Source: Spirochaetia bacterium
GTDB taxonomy: Bacteria; Spirochaetota; Spirochaetia; DSM-2461
Length of the DNA: 64,000 nt
Direction: 5' to 3'
NCBI GenBank assembly: GCA_963668315.1
Contig: OY764216.1
Span: 1,472,001 to 1,536,000, forward strand
Shown: piece after piece, positions 49,673 to 61,000 of the stretch
Layout of the letters: each line of letters opens with the position of its first letter
Position numbering within the stretch: position 1 is the first letter of the stretch
The notes under the pieces: model-generated
What the model saw: the letters and a program-made list of their open reading frames with translations, nothing else
Databases searched by the model: none
What the model was told of the DNA's origin: nothing
Made by a program: the position numbers and the translations under genes

Positions 49673-49858
49673 ATAAGAAGATTATGAAGCAGAGTCAGCA
49701 ATATTTCAATTCGATTTTCAAAAAAAACGTTCCCGCAGGGCAACGGCGGCATCCTCCTTTCAGCAGAGGGCTTAACATCGGCCGATTTTTTCCCGGCTCA
49801 TCCGATTGCCGATGAATCTTATTCTTGGCCATAATTCAGATTGGTGCTATGCTGAGTT

Positions 49859-52800
49859 ATGATTCTTGACGCCTTCCATCCCCTGGTCAGAGAGTGGTTC
49901 CTTGAAAAATTCGGAAATCCCACCGATATCCAGGAGAAAGGGTGGCGGGAGATTTCCTCCCGCTCCCATGTTCTGATGACCGCTCCCACGGGCAGCGGGA
50001 AAACTCTGGCCGCCTTCCTCTGGTCTTTGAATCAGCTTATCTCAGGCGAGTGGCCCGGGGGAATGGTACGGGTTCTGTATGTGTCTCCCCTGAAGGCTCT
50101 CAACAATGACGTGCGGCGCAACCTGACCGAACCTCTCGAGGAGCTGAGCCGGTTCTTTGAAGAGAGGGGAGAAGCGTTTCCCGTCATCCGGGTCCTGACC
50201 CGCTCGGGGGATACCAGTTCCTCGGACCGGCAGAAAATGATGCGCCGCCCCCCCGAGATACTCATCATAACCCCCGAAAGCCTCAACCTTATGCTCACGT
50301 CGGGAGCGGCCCGCTCCCTCCTGGCCGGTCTGACCACGGTCATTCTGGACGAGATACACGGCGTGGCCGATGATAAGCGGGGCGTCCATCTTTTCTCCGC
50401 CGTGGAAAGGCTGACCCGCATCAACGGGGATTTCCAGCGGATCGGACTCTCCGCCACGGTGAATCCCCTCTCCCTCGTGGCTTCCCTCATGGGAGGGTAT
50501 TATCCAAGAACAAACCCCGAAGAAGAGCCCCGTCCCCGGGCGGTGCGGATTATCCGGTCGGATATAAAAAAGGAGTACCGGCTGGATCTCCTCTTTCCCG
50601 AAAGCCCCGCCGGAGAGGAGACACGTTGGGCCGGGGTAATCCCCTCCTTCGTGGAGAAAATCAGGAAAAACCGTTCCACCCTGATCTTCTGCAACAGCCG
50701 GAGGCAGACCGAGAAAGTTACCCGCTTTATCAACGATTATGCCGGTGAGACCCTGGCCTTCGCCCATCACGGCTCCCTCTCCCGGGAAATAAGGACCTTT
50801 GTGGAAGGGCAGATGAAAAAGGGCGGCCTGAAGGCGATTGTCGCCACCAGTTCCCTGGAGATGGGAATCGATATAGGCAGCATTGACGAAGTGCTGATGA
50901 TCCAGTCCCCCTACGCCGTCTCCTCGGCCATCCAGAGGATCGGACGGGCGGGCCACCGGGTGGGCGATGTGAGCCGGGCCTCCCTCTATCCCATGCACGG
51001 GACCGATCTCATAGGCTGCGCGGTAGCGGGCCGGGCGGTTCTGGAAGGACAGATCGAGGAGCTCCACGTTCCGGTCAATCCCCTTGACGTCCTGGCTCAG
51101 GTTATTCTCTCCATGGTCTGCACCGAGGAGTGGAACCTCGATGACCTGTATCTGTTCATCACTTCCGTCTGGCACTGGCACACCCTGCCGCGCCGCCATT
51201 TCGACCTGGTGGTGCAGATGCTTAACGGGCGGTACAGCGATACGAGAATCGGGGAACTGAAGCCCCGGATCAATATTGACCCGGTCAGAAATACCTGCGC
51301 CGCCCGGGACGGGGCCCAGCGCGTACTCTATCTGTCGGGCGGGACCATTCCCGACCGGGGCTATTATGAGCTGCGCGGCAGGGACGGTACGCTTATAGGG
51401 GAACTGGACGAGGAGTTCGTCTGGGAACGGTCCACCGGGGATTTCTTTACCCTGGGAACCCAGACCTGGCGGGTCGACAATATCACCGACCGGGCGGTGG
51501 AGGTGAGTCCGGCCGATGCGGGCGGGGCCATGAGCCCCTTCTGGAAAGCCGATCCCAACGGACGGGATTTTTTCTACTCCTCCCTGATCCTGGATTTTCT
51601 GGAGAAGGGAGAGCATCTCCTTTCCGAGAAGCGGAAAGGCGGGGTGGAGACGTTCCTTTCGGAACTGACCGCCGACTATCACATGGATGAAGAGGGGGGA
51701 CATGCCCTGGTGGAGTTTCTGCAGAGGCAGCGGTCCCATACGGAGAGCGCTCTTCCCCACCGGCACCATCTGCTTATCGAGCATTTCAACGATCCCCTAA
51801 ACAAGACGGACTGTCACCAGATCATCCTCCACACCCTGTGGGGCGGAAAGCTGAATTTTCCCTATTCCGAGGCTCTGGCCCAGGCCTGGGAGAATAAAGA
51901 GGGTTATCCCCTGCAGGTTTTCTGCGATGATGACGCGGTGATACTGGATCTGCCCCACCGGTTCAGCGTTCAGGATGTTCTGTCCCTGGTTTCGGGGGAT
52001 AATCTGGAAGCTCTCCTCAGGCAGAGGCTGGAATCAACCCCGTTTTTCGGCGGGAGGTTCCGGCAGAACTGTTCCCGGGCTCTTCTTCTCCCGAGGAAGT
52101 CCTTCAAGCAGCGTACGCCCCTCTGGCTGAACCGGCTCCGATCCAAGAAACTGCTTCAGGCCGTCAGCCGCTACGAAGATTTCCCCATCCTTACGGAAAC
52201 CTGGCGGACCTGCCTCTATGACGAATTCGACCTGCCCGTGCTTTCCTCCCTCCTCGATGAGATCCGGGAGGGGCGGATCGAAGTTTCCGAGGCTGTGACC
52301 CGGACCGCTTCCCCCTTTTCTTCGAGCATCGTCTACAGCCATACAAATCAGCGGATGTACGAGGATGATACTCCCCTGGGCGGGGCCTCCCATCTAAAGG
52401 ACGATCTGATCAAGGGCATCGTCCACCAGTCGGGGCTGCGTCCCATGCTGCCTGCCCGTCTGGCAGAGGAATTTACGGCGAAACTGCAGAGGACCTGGCC
52501 GGAATACGCCCCGCGCACGGCCGAGGATCTTTTCGACTGGGTGGAGGAGAGAATCTTTCTGCCCCTGAGCGAGTGGGAGGAGCTGAAAAGGGCCCTGTCC
52601 CGGGATCTGGGAGAGGAGGAAGCCCAGTCTCTTATCGAGAAGACGGAGGAGAAGCTTCTCATCCAGGAGAGGGAGAGTGCCGCCGAACCTCTGGTCCTTT
52701 CCCGAACCTACGGGAAGAAATATACCGGGGCTGTTATCATGGATGAGGGGGAAGAGCTCTTCTCCCGCTGGATCACCTTTTACGGCCCGGTTCAGACCGG

Positions 52801-54247
52801 CTATATCTCGGACCGCTATCCCGCCCCGGAGAAGGAGATCCTCGCCTGGCTGGAAACGCTCAGGGAGTCGGAATATCTCATCATCGACCGGCTGACCGAA
52901 GAGAGCGAAGGGGACCAGATCTGTACGGCGGAAAATCTGGAGATCCTGTTCCGCCTGAAAAGACGGCGGGGAAAGAGCGATTTCAAAGCTCTTCCCAAGG
53001 AGATGCTGAGTCTATTTCTTGCCGGCCACCAGGGGCTGACGGGGTGGGACTCTTCCGGCGAATCCTCCTCCGGGAACCGGGCCGAGAAGAGCGACCTGCA
53101 GGAAGCCCTGGAGAAGCTGGTCGCTTACGGGGCGAAAGCCTCCCTCTGGGAAACGGATATCCTGCCGGCGCGATTATATCCCTACTACCCCCCCTGGCTG
53201 GACACGCTGTTTCAGGAGAGTCCCCTCCTCTGGTACGGAGCGGGCAAGGAGAAGATCGCCTTCTGCTTCGAAGAGGAGCAGTCCCTTTTTATCAAGAGGG
53301 GAAAGAACCCTGTTCTTCCTCCGGATCTGCTCCCCGACGGAAGGGGGAGTTTCTCTTTCTGGGATCTGAAGGATCACACGGGCCTTCCCTCGGGGGAGCT
53401 CATGGATCTCCTCTGGAAGTCCTGCTGGTCCGGAGCCCTCAGCAACGACCGGTTCGCCTCGGTCCGCCGGGGCATCCTGACGAAGTTCAAATCGGAAAGC
53501 TTCCGGGAGATGGAAGACCGATCAGGGGGACGGATCCGGCGGGGAGGATTCAACCGTTGGGCCAACAGCCGGACACTGGAGGGCCGATGGTTTCTGACGG
53601 AGCCGATAGGGGAGCAGGAAGATCCCATAGAGAAGGATGAGCGGATGCGGGAAGTAATACGCCAGCTTTTTCTGCGCTATGGCGTCCTTTTCCGTACCCT
53701 TTTGGAGAGGGAAGCCCCCCATCAGAACTGGTCCGCCCTTTTCCGGACCCTCAGGCTTATGGAACTCTCCGGGGAGTGCGTCTCCGGGCGCTTCTTCGAG
53801 GGAATCCGGGGGCTTCAGTTCGCCAGTTGGGAGGCTTTGAGGGAGTTGAACCAGGGGCTGGATGAAACGAGGCTTTACTGGATGAACTGCACCGATCCGG
53901 CGTCGCTCTGCGGATTGAAAGAGGATGATTTCAAGGGCAACTATCCCTCCCGGCTGGCTACGAGCCACATGGTTTTCCGGGGTTCGCGCCTTCTGCTCGT
54001 TTCACGCAGAAACGGAAAGGAACTGGATTTTCATGTGCCCCCGGAAGCGGAAGATGCCGGAATCGCTCTGGGACTCTTCTCCCTGCTTCTGGGCCGGGAG
54101 ACCGATCCGCTTAAATCGGTCCGGGTCGAGACGGTCAACGGAGAGGGGGTAAGCGAGAGCTCCTACGGCCCCGTTCTGAAAGCGGCCGGGTTCCGGGATA
54201 ACTTCTCCTGCTATATTTTGAATGGGCCGGTGAACCGGGGGCTTTAA
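49859..54247 (+). CDS. lhr: Full-length Lhr-family SF2 helicase
   Basis: APTGSGKT, SPLKAL, DEIH, SAT, HHGSLS, QRIGRAGH, GGTIPDRG, GELDEEFVWE; C-terminal RYGV...GRFFEG..GLQF...DPA region. Confidence 0.9.
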   Translation: MILDAFHPLVREWFLEKFGNPTDIQEKGWREISSRSHVLMTAPTGSGKTLAAFLWSLNQLISGEWPGGMVRVLYVSPLKALNNDVRRNLTEPLEELSRFFEERGEAFPVIRVLTRSGDTSSSDRQKMMRRPPEILIITPESLNLMLTSGAARSLLAGLTTVILDEIHGVADDKRGVHLFSAVERLTRINGDFQRIGLSATVNPLSLVASLMGGYYPRTNPEEEPRPRAVRIIRSDIKKEYRLDLLFPESPAGEETRWAGVIPSFVEKIRKNRSTLIFCNSRRQTEKVTRFINDYAGETLAFAHHGSLSREIRTFVEGQMKKGGLKAIVATSSLEMGIDIGSIDEVLMIQSPYAVSSAIQRIGRAGHRVGDVSRASLYPMHGTDLIGCAVAGRAVLEGQIEELHVPVNPLDVLAQVILSMVCTEEWNLDDLYLFITSVWHWHTLPRRHFDLVVQMLNGRYSDTRIGELKPRINIDPVRNTCAARDGAQRVLYLSGGTIPDRGYYELRGRDGTLIGELDEEFVWERSTGDFFTLGTQTWRVDNITDRAVEVSPADAGGAMSPFWKADPNGRDFFYSSLILDFLEKGEHLLSEKRKGGVETFLSELTADYHMDEEGGHALVEFLQRQRSHTESALPHRHHLLIEHFNDPLNKTDCHQIILHTLWGGKLNFPYSEALAQAWENKEGYPLQVFCDDDAVILDLPHRFSVQDVLSLVSGDNLEALLRQRLESTPFFGGRFRQNCSRALLLPRKSFKQRTPLWLNRLRSKKLLQAVSRYEDFPILTETWRTCLYDEFDLPVLSSLLDEIREGRIEVSEAVTRTASPFSSSIVYSHTNQRMYEDDTPLGGASHLKDDLIKGIVHQSGLRPMLPARLAEEFTAKLQRTWPEYAPRTAEDLFDWVEERIFLPLSEWEELKRALSRDLGEEEAQSLIEKTEEKLLIQERESAAEPLVLSRTYGKKYTGAVIMDEGEELFSRWITFYGPVQTGYISDRYPAPEKEILAWLETLRESEYLIIDRLTEESEGDQICTAENLEILFRLKRRRGKSDFKALPKEMLSLFLAGHQGLTGWDSSGESSSGNRAEKSDLQEALEKLVAYGAKASLWETDILPARLYPYYPPWLDTLFQESPLLWYGAGKEKIAFCFEEEQSLFIKRGKNPVLPPDLLPDGRGSFSFWDLKDHTGLPSGELMDLLWKSCWSGALSNDRFASVRRGILTKFKSESFREMEDRSGGRIRRGGFNRWANSRTLEGRWFLTEPIGEQEDPIEKDERMREVIRQLFLRYGVLFRTLLEREAPHQNWSALFRTLRLMELSGECVSGRFFEGIRGLQFASWEALRELNQGLDETRLYWMNCTDPASLCGLKEDDFKGNYPSRLATSHMVFRGSRLLLVSRRNGKELDFHVPPEAEDAGIALGLFSLLLGRETDPLKSVRVETVNGEGVSESSYGPVLKAAGFRDNFSCYILNGPVNRGL

Positions 54248-54391
54248 CCTCATTGGCAATCGGCTCCTTTTGTGATAGAAAATAGGAAGCCTGTTGTTAT
54301 TTAAGAATAGATGAAATGAGGGAATGTTTTATTTCCCGGGCCGATGGGTGAACCTATCACCCCGCAGCCCATGCGTCCCAAGGAGTAACGC

Positions 54392-55552
54392 ATGGTAAAT
54401 TTTCAGTTTTACGCACCCACGAAAATCGAATTCGGCCGCGGCGCCGAGCTTAAGGCGGGAGCCTATGTTAAGGAGTACGGGAAAACCGTTCTCCTCCATT
54501 ACGGCAAAGGTCATATCATCAATACCGGTCTTTACGATAAGATCAAACAGCAGCTCGAATCGGAGGGGTTGACCGTGGTGGAACTCGGCGGTGTAAAAGC
54601 CAACCCCGAAGTCGGTCTTGTCCGCGAGGGTATAGAACTGTGCCGGGCCGAAGGGGTGGATTTTATTCTGGCCGTGGGAGGGGGAAGCGTTATCGACTCC
54701 TCCAAAGCCATCGCCCTGGGCGTTCCCTGGGAGGGGGATGTCTGGGATATCTGGTTCAACGGCGGGGTCCCCGTGAAAGCCCTGCCCCTGGGGGTAATTC
54801 TCACCATTCCCGCGGCGGGCAGCGAAATGAGCCAATTCAGCGTCATAACCAACGGCAGGTACAAAGTCGGCTATCATAACGATCTGATCCGCCCCCGGTT
54901 CGCGGCGCTGAATCCGGAACTGACCTTTTCCCTGAGCCCCTGGCAGACTGCCTCGGGCGTAGTGGATATCATGGCCCATGTGATGGAGCGCTATTTTACC
55001 GAAGAGGGCCATGTGGATTTTTCCGACGGGATGTGCGAGGGCCTCTTGCGGGCCATGATCAAGAACGGCCCCCGGGTTCTGGCCGATCCCGAAGACTATG
55101 ACGCCCGGGCTGAGGTCATGTGGGCCGGATGCATCGCCCACAACGGGCTTCTTGGGATGGGTCGGATAGAAGACTGGGCCTCCCACCGCATCCAGATGCC
55201 CCTGAGCGCCCTCTATGACATAACCCACGGGGCGGGGCTGGCCGTCATATTTCCCGCCTGGATCAGATACGTGTCGCGCAGGAAACCGGAACCTTTTATT
55301 AAGTTCTTCACCCGCGTTTTCGACATCCCCTATGATTTTGACTGTCCCGAAAGGGTTATTGAAAGGGGGCTTGTCCTTCTGGAAAATTTCTACCGTTCCC
55401 TGGAGATGCCAGTCCGCCTGAAAGAGATGGGCATCGACGATTCCCGCTTCGAGGAACTGGCCGACATCGTTACCGTGAAGGGGCCGACGGGGAATCTGGT
55501 AAAACTCGCTAAAGATGATGTCCTGGCCATCTATCGTCTCGCACTGGAATAG
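54392..55552 (+). CDS. Iron-containing alcohol dehydrogenase (butanol dehydrogenase type)
   Basis: AVGGGSVIDSSK, AAGSEM, DIMAHVMERYF, DWASH, THGAGLA. Confidence 0.92.
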   Translation: MVNFQFYAPTKIEFGRGAELKAGAYVKEYGKTVLLHYGKGHIINTGLYDKIKQQLESEGLTVVELGGVKANPEVGLVREGIELCRAEGVDFILAVGGGSVIDSSKAIALGVPWEGDVWDIWFNGGVPVKALPLGVILTIPAAGSEMSQFSVITNGRYKVGYHNDLIRPRFAALNPELTFSLSPWQTASGVVDIMAHVMERYFTEEGHVDFSDGMCEGLLRAMIKNGPRVLADPEDYDARAEVMWAGCIAHNGLLGMGRIEDWASHRIQMPLSALYDITHGAGLAVIFPAWIRYVSRRKPEPFIKFFTRVFDIPYDFDCPERVIERGLVLLENFYRSLEMPVRLKEMGIDDSRFEELADIVTVKGPTGNLVKLAKDDVLAIYRLALE

Positions 55553-55558
55553 GTGGTT

Positions 55559-57049
55559 ATGGAGAGAGATAATCAGCATCCCGACTATAAACCCTACCGA
55601 AAAAGGACGATTGCCATTATCACAAAGGGGCTTTCGTTTTTTATTATCGCCGGTTTCTTTATAAACGGCCTCTGGTTTTTCTGGGACTCTTTCAGAAAAA
55701 TCCTCGCCCAGGAAATATTCCTTCTCCTCCTCTATCTGTTTACCCTTCTTATTAACTATATTGTCAATAAGAAGGAGTGGGAACTGGGGGCTTTGCGCCT
55801 CTACTCGGTGGCGGGAATCGTGACGGGCATGTTTTTTATCTTCTCCACGGGGGATGACTATCTCTTCGTCGGTCTCATCATTCTGGCCCTTTTCTCACTC
55901 ATCTCCATTTTTTCCCTGAACAGGCGGGAATCGGGACTCTGGAATATTCTGTGCCTCGTCGCCGGGGCCGCCGCTCTTTATCTTCGATATTCCTATTCTC
56001 CCGTGCATACACAATACAGCCGGGATGAACTGATACAGATTTCCCTTTTTATGGTGCTCATGTCTTCCCTTCTTCTTTTTCTCGGATACTCCACGGAAGG
56101 GATCGTCAAGGAGTATATCAACCGTCTCTGGATGCAGTCTAAAAAGATGGAGCTGCTCCTGGGCCGGGAGAAGATCCTCCGCGACAAATACCAGCTGGTC
56201 TTCTCCATGATTCCCGATATCCTCATCATGATGGACGGGTCGGGGCGGATTTATGATGTAAACCGGACCATGGTGCTCTATACAGGACTGAGCCGGGAGA
56301 CGCTCACGGCCCGGAATGTTCTGGACTTTCTGCCCGGGGTGGACCGGGAGTTTCTGGAAACGACGACAAGCCGGGTTTCCGGTGGAAGAATACAGGACGG
56401 GCTGGAAGTCCTGGTATCAGGAAGGGAGGAGGACAGGATTTTTGAGATCAGTCTCAGTTCCCTCGATGAAGAGAGCGGGGAAGAACGTTTTATTATTCTG
56501 GCCCGGGACATAACGGAAAGGAAGAAAACGGAACAGTCAGAGCGTTCCCGGGCGGAGGAACTGTACATACGATCCATTACCGATCCTCTTACCGGGCTGA
56601 GCAACCGGCTGAAACTGGATGACTTTCTCAAGGGGGAGATCAATAAGTCCGCCCGCTACGGGTCGCCCTTCTCCCTTATCATCTGCGATATCGACCATTT
56701 CAAAATGGTTAATGATACCTACGGCCACAGCACGGGCGACCGGGTCCTGAAAAATCTGGCGGCCCTTCTAAAGGAGAGCGTGAGAAATACCGACCTGAGC
56801 GGACGCTGGGGCGGAGAGGAATTTCTCGTTGTCTGCCCCGAGACGGAACTGGAGGACGGTTATTCTCTCGCAGAGAAAATCCGGGTAGCCGTGAGGGACA
56901 TGTCCGTCCCCAGGGAAGAGAAAATCACCCTCAGCTTCGGGGTTACCCAGTTCCGGGAGGGCGATGATATGGAGGGCCTGCTGGCCCGCGCCGATAAGGC
57001 TCTTTACAGAGCGAAGGAGACCGGGCGGGACCGGACGGTCAAGCTTTAA
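55559..57049 (+). CDS. Membrane PAS-GGDEF diguanylate cyclase
   Basis: About six TM; PAS ending DITERK; DPLTGLSNR, I-site RNTD, RWGGEEF. Confidence 0.92.
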   Translation: MERDNQHPDYKPYRKRTIAIITKGLSFFIIAGFFINGLWFFWDSFRKILAQEIFLLLLYLFTLLINYIVNKKEWELGALRLYSVAGIVTGMFFIFSTGDDYLFVGLIILALFSLISIFSLNRRESGLWNILCLVAGAAALYLRYSYSPVHTQYSRDELIQISLFMVLMSSLLLFLGYSTEGIVKEYINRLWMQSKKMELLLGREKILRDKYQLVFSMIPDILIMMDGSGRIYDVNRTMVLYTGLSRETLTARNVLDFLPGVDREFLETTTSRVSGGRIQDGLEVLVSGREEDRIFEISLSSLDEESGEERFIILARDITERKKTEQSERSRAEELYIRSITDPLTGLSNRLKLDDFLKGEINKSARYGSPFSLIICDIDHFKMVNDTYGHSTGDRVLKNLAALLKESVRNTDLSGRWGGEEFLVVCPETELEDGYSLAEKIRVAVRDMSVPREEKITLSFGVTQFREGDDMEGLLARADKALYRAKETGRDRTVKL

Positions 57050-57954
57050 TTTTTCCCTGCTGCGATCCGGCGGCTTTCGGCCAGAATAGCCTCTCCGTAG
57101 TCGGGGAGGGCTCCGGGCTGGGATACGACTCTGTCCGCCACGCTCTGGGCAAACCGGGCGGAACGGGGAATATCACCCGTATGAAAGTAGCAGAAACAGA
57201 AAGCCCCCGAGTAGGAGTCACCCGCCCCCACCGTATCGATGACGGGAACATCGCTCTCAATGGGAAAATACTGCCGTCCCTCCGGCGTGATAATATCGGC
57301 TCCCTCGGGGCCTTTGGTCAGGATAAGAAGCTCCAGCCCGGGGTATGCTTCCTTCATACGGGAAAAGAGTTCTTCCGGGGAATAGACCGCTCCGAAGATC
57401 AGCTCCGAAAGGAGGGGGAGCTCTTCGTCATTCAATTTGAGAATCGTTGTATGGGCAAGGGATTTTTCCATTACTTCCTTTGAATAGTAGTGCTGCCGGA
57501 TATTCACATCGAAAAAGACAATCCTGGCCCTGAGGGAGGGAAAAATCCTTTCATGAAGCAGGGAAAGATTGGCTTCGGAGCGCTGGGCGAGGGAGCCTAT
57601 ATAAAAGAGATCCCACTCTCTGTCCCGCAGCTGCGCCAGATTCTCCCCGCTGAGGCTAATGTTATCCCATGCCGTGCCGGTAACAATTTCGTATGAGGGA
57701 ATACCCTTCTCCATGGTTACTTCCACCACACCCGTAGGCTGGGGCACCTCTGATATAAAATCGGTTTTAACATTTACCCTGCTCACTTCCGTGAGGGTTT
57801 TGGCTCCAAGATCATCCTGGCCGACGGCGCTGATGATATAACCGTTAGAACCGAACTGGGCGGAATGGGCCGCAAAATTCAGGGGGGCTCCTCCCAGATG
57901 GTATTCCTTCTCAATATGGTCCCACAGGACCTCTCCGAAACACAATACATTCAT
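57046..57954 (-). CDS. PfkB-family carbohydrate kinase (fructokinase-like)
   Basis: Start MNVLCFGEVLWD; GGAPLNFA, DVNIR, KLNDEE, DTVGAGDS. Confidence 0.92.
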   Translation of the reverse strand: MNVLCFGEVLWDHIEKEYHLGGAPLNFAAHSAQFGSNGYIISAVGQDDLGAKTLTEVSRVNVKTDFISEVPQPTGVVEVTMEKGIPSYEIVTGTAWDNISLSGENLAQLRDREWDLFYIGSLAQRSEANLSLLHERIFPSLRARIVFFDVNIRQHYYSKEVMEKSLAHTTILKLNDEELPLLSELIFGAVYSPEELFSRMKEAYPGLELLILTKGPEGADIITPEGRQYFPIESDVPVIDTVGAGDSYSGAFCFCYFHTGDIPRSARFAQSVADRVVSQPGALPDYGEAILAESRRIAAGKN

Positions 57955-58079
57955 GGAGGCAGTGTACTCTGAATCATCCATACACGCAATATATTCCGTC
58001 AGAGGGAAAATCGGGTAAATTTTTTTTGGACTTTGCATTAATGGGCGACTGCCTATATAATTTGAAGGATGAGGTTGCT

Positions 58080-61000
58080 TTGTTATTGAAGAAATTTCCT
58101 ATCCAGAGAAAACTTCTGCTCTCTTTTACGGGGCTTTTTATCCTGATTATCATGCTGACTCTTATGGCCGTGAGCTTTCTGATTTACCGGGAGAGGCGCA
58201 AGGACGTGAAGCGGGAGCTGGAAAATATTACGAAGACCGTGGCGGAACTGGTCATGTCCCACCTTGAGCTCATGCATGAGTTCAAGCTGGAGGAGGAGGT
58301 CGAATCGGCGAAGTCGGTCCTCGGGTATCTCTATGAGAAGGGGCATCAGGACGGCCGTTCCGACGAGGATATTCGGGATCTAGCCGCGAGCTATCTTTCC
58401 CGGGTCAAGGTAGGCGATTCGGGGTATTTTTTCGTTATCGATTCCAGCGGGAATGTGCAGATTCATCCCCATCCGGAACTGGTGGGACAATCTCTTCTTG
58501 AATATGAATTTGTCCGAACCCAAATCGCTGCCCGTGAGGGGTTCCTGGAGTATCTCTGGAAGAATCCCGATGAGGACGAGTACAGAGAGAAGGCCCTTTA
58601 TATGACATATTTTGAGCCTTTCGACTGGATTATCTCCGCCTCAACTTACAATGAAGATTTCTTTTCCCTCTTTTCCGTTGAGAAGATCAAGGAGAGTCTT
58701 GAAAATATCCCCGTGGGAAATGAGGGATATGTTTTCATTCTCGACGGGGACGGAAAGCTCCTTATTCATCCCCAGTACGAGGGAATGAATGTCGGTAATC
58801 TGAATATCGAAGGTTTCGACTCCTCTTTTCTTATGGATATCATGGCGGAGAAGAACGGGAGTATGTCCTATCAGTGGACCGATAAAGAATCGGGCAGGAA
58901 AGCGGAGAGATTTCTTCTGTTCCGGGAAATTCCCGAGATCGGATGGATCATCGGTTCGGTCGTCCCCTTTGGGGAGTACACCAGCTTCATTGTCCGTATC
59001 TATCTCTTTACGGCGCTGATTTTCGCCGTTGCCTTTCTGCTATTTTATCTGATGAGTCACCGCATCTCCCTGATGTTTGCCCGTCCTCTCATAGGAATTA
59101 TGGATTTTCTTGAGAGGACCTGCTATTCCGAATTGTCTCAAAGGCTGGATGAATCGGGGCGTGACGAATTCTCTCAGCTGAGCCGGCGGATAAACGAATT
59201 TCTCGATGCCGTAGAAGAAGAGAAAAACAACAGGCTTATCGCCGAGGAGGAGAACCGGATTCTGGCGCAGTTCACCAACGGGAATCCCTATCCCGTTATG
59301 CGGGTGGACAGCAACGGGTATATCCTCTATGTCAACAGGGCGTCCATAGAGCTGATGAAATTCTGGGAAATCGCCTTTGATACGAAACTGCCGGCAGATC
59401 TGACCCTCATGATCAGGGAACGGGATTCGGAGCTCGTGGATATTGAATACAAGCGGAAGAACCGCATCTATAATATCATGCTCTCCTTTTTTGAAGACCA
59501 GGACTCCTGCTATCTTCTCATTTCCGATATCACCGAGAGAAAGGAGGATGAGTATCTCCTCATGATGTCGGAAAGTGTTTTTTCCCACACCATGGAAGGG
59601 ATCATCATAACCAATCCGGACGGAACCATCGTACGGGTCAATCCGGCATTCTGTCAGATCAGCGGGTATTCCGAAGAGGAGGTGATCGGTGCGAATCCCA
59701 GACTGCTCCGCTCGGATCATCACGGGAAGGATTTTTTCAGCGCCCTGTGGTCGGCTCTTCTGGAAAACGGAACCTGGACGGGAGAGATATGGAACAGGAG
59801 AAAGAATGGAGAAGCCTTTCCCGAATGGCTGACCATCAACAGCATCAAGGACGACTCGGGAAAACTTGTTCATTACGTGGGTATTTTCAAAGATATATCC
59901 GATATCAAGGAGAGCGAGGAGAAGCTCCGATATCAGGTGTCCCACGACGCTCTTACGGGGCTTCCCAACCGCATCCTCTTCGAAGACCGGCTGAACCGGG
60001 CCATCGCCCGGGCCGGCAGGAACAGGTATAACCTGGCAGTCCTGTTCCTGGATATGGACAATTTCAAAAACATCAACGATACCCTGGGCCATCAGGCGGG
60101 AGATGATTTCCTGAAAATAATCGGGGAGCGGCTCGTCCAGTCCTGCCGGGAGGAAGATACGGTAGCCCGCCTGGGCGGTGACGAATTCGTCATTCTGATC
60201 CCGGAGCTTACGGAGCAGCATAATCTTATCGAAATAACGAGCCGGATACAGATTACGGTGGGGAAGTCTCTGCTCTTCAATACACACGAGCTCCATCCCT
60301 CGGTAAGTATCGGTGTCACCATTTTCCCCGACGACGGAGACACCCCCGCCCTCTTGATGAAGAATGCCGATCTGGCCATGTATAAGGCCAAGGACAGCGG
60401 AAAGGGAACCTATTCCCTTTTCAATAAAGAGATGAACCGTCAGGTGAAGAAAAGAATGGAACTGGAGGGGCAGCTTAAGAAGTCTCTTCAGAGAAAAGAG
60501 ATGTATCTTCTCTATCAGCCCAAGGTCTCGGTTCGCAGCGGGAAGATTACCGGCCTTGAGGCTCTTGTGCGTTGGGAGAATAAAAAGCTGGGGCTAATCT
60601 CACCGGTGGATTTTATTCCTCTGGCAGAGGAGTCCGGCTTCATTCATGCTCTGGGAGACTGGGTGCTCGAAACAGCTCTGGACGCCCTGTCGGAGATCAA
60701 TAGCAGGGGAGAACTCGGCTGGGAAATGGCCGTCAATCTGTCCACCCGTCAGTTCAGGGATATCAACCTGACAGCAAGGATCGAGAGTATCATACGCCGT
60801 TCCGGGATTGATCCGTCTCACATCAATCTGGAGATAACCGAGCATGCCGCGATGGAGGAGTCGGGAGAATCGCTGGAGATCGTATCCCGTCTGAAACAGC
60901 TGGGCGTCCGTATTTCCATTGACGATTTCGGCACGGGATACTCTTCCTACGGGTATCTGAAGCAGTTCGAAGTGCAATGCCTGAAAATAGACAAGTCCTT

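Noticed and set aside
49777..49814. CATCGGC...GCCGATG inverted repeat between the divergent cyclase and lhr genes
   Set aside because: Only 7 bp with a long loop, upstream of both predicted promoters; could arise by chance.
50042..51784. 580-aa ORF antisense to lhr
   Set aside because: Antisense shadow of a conserved helicase.
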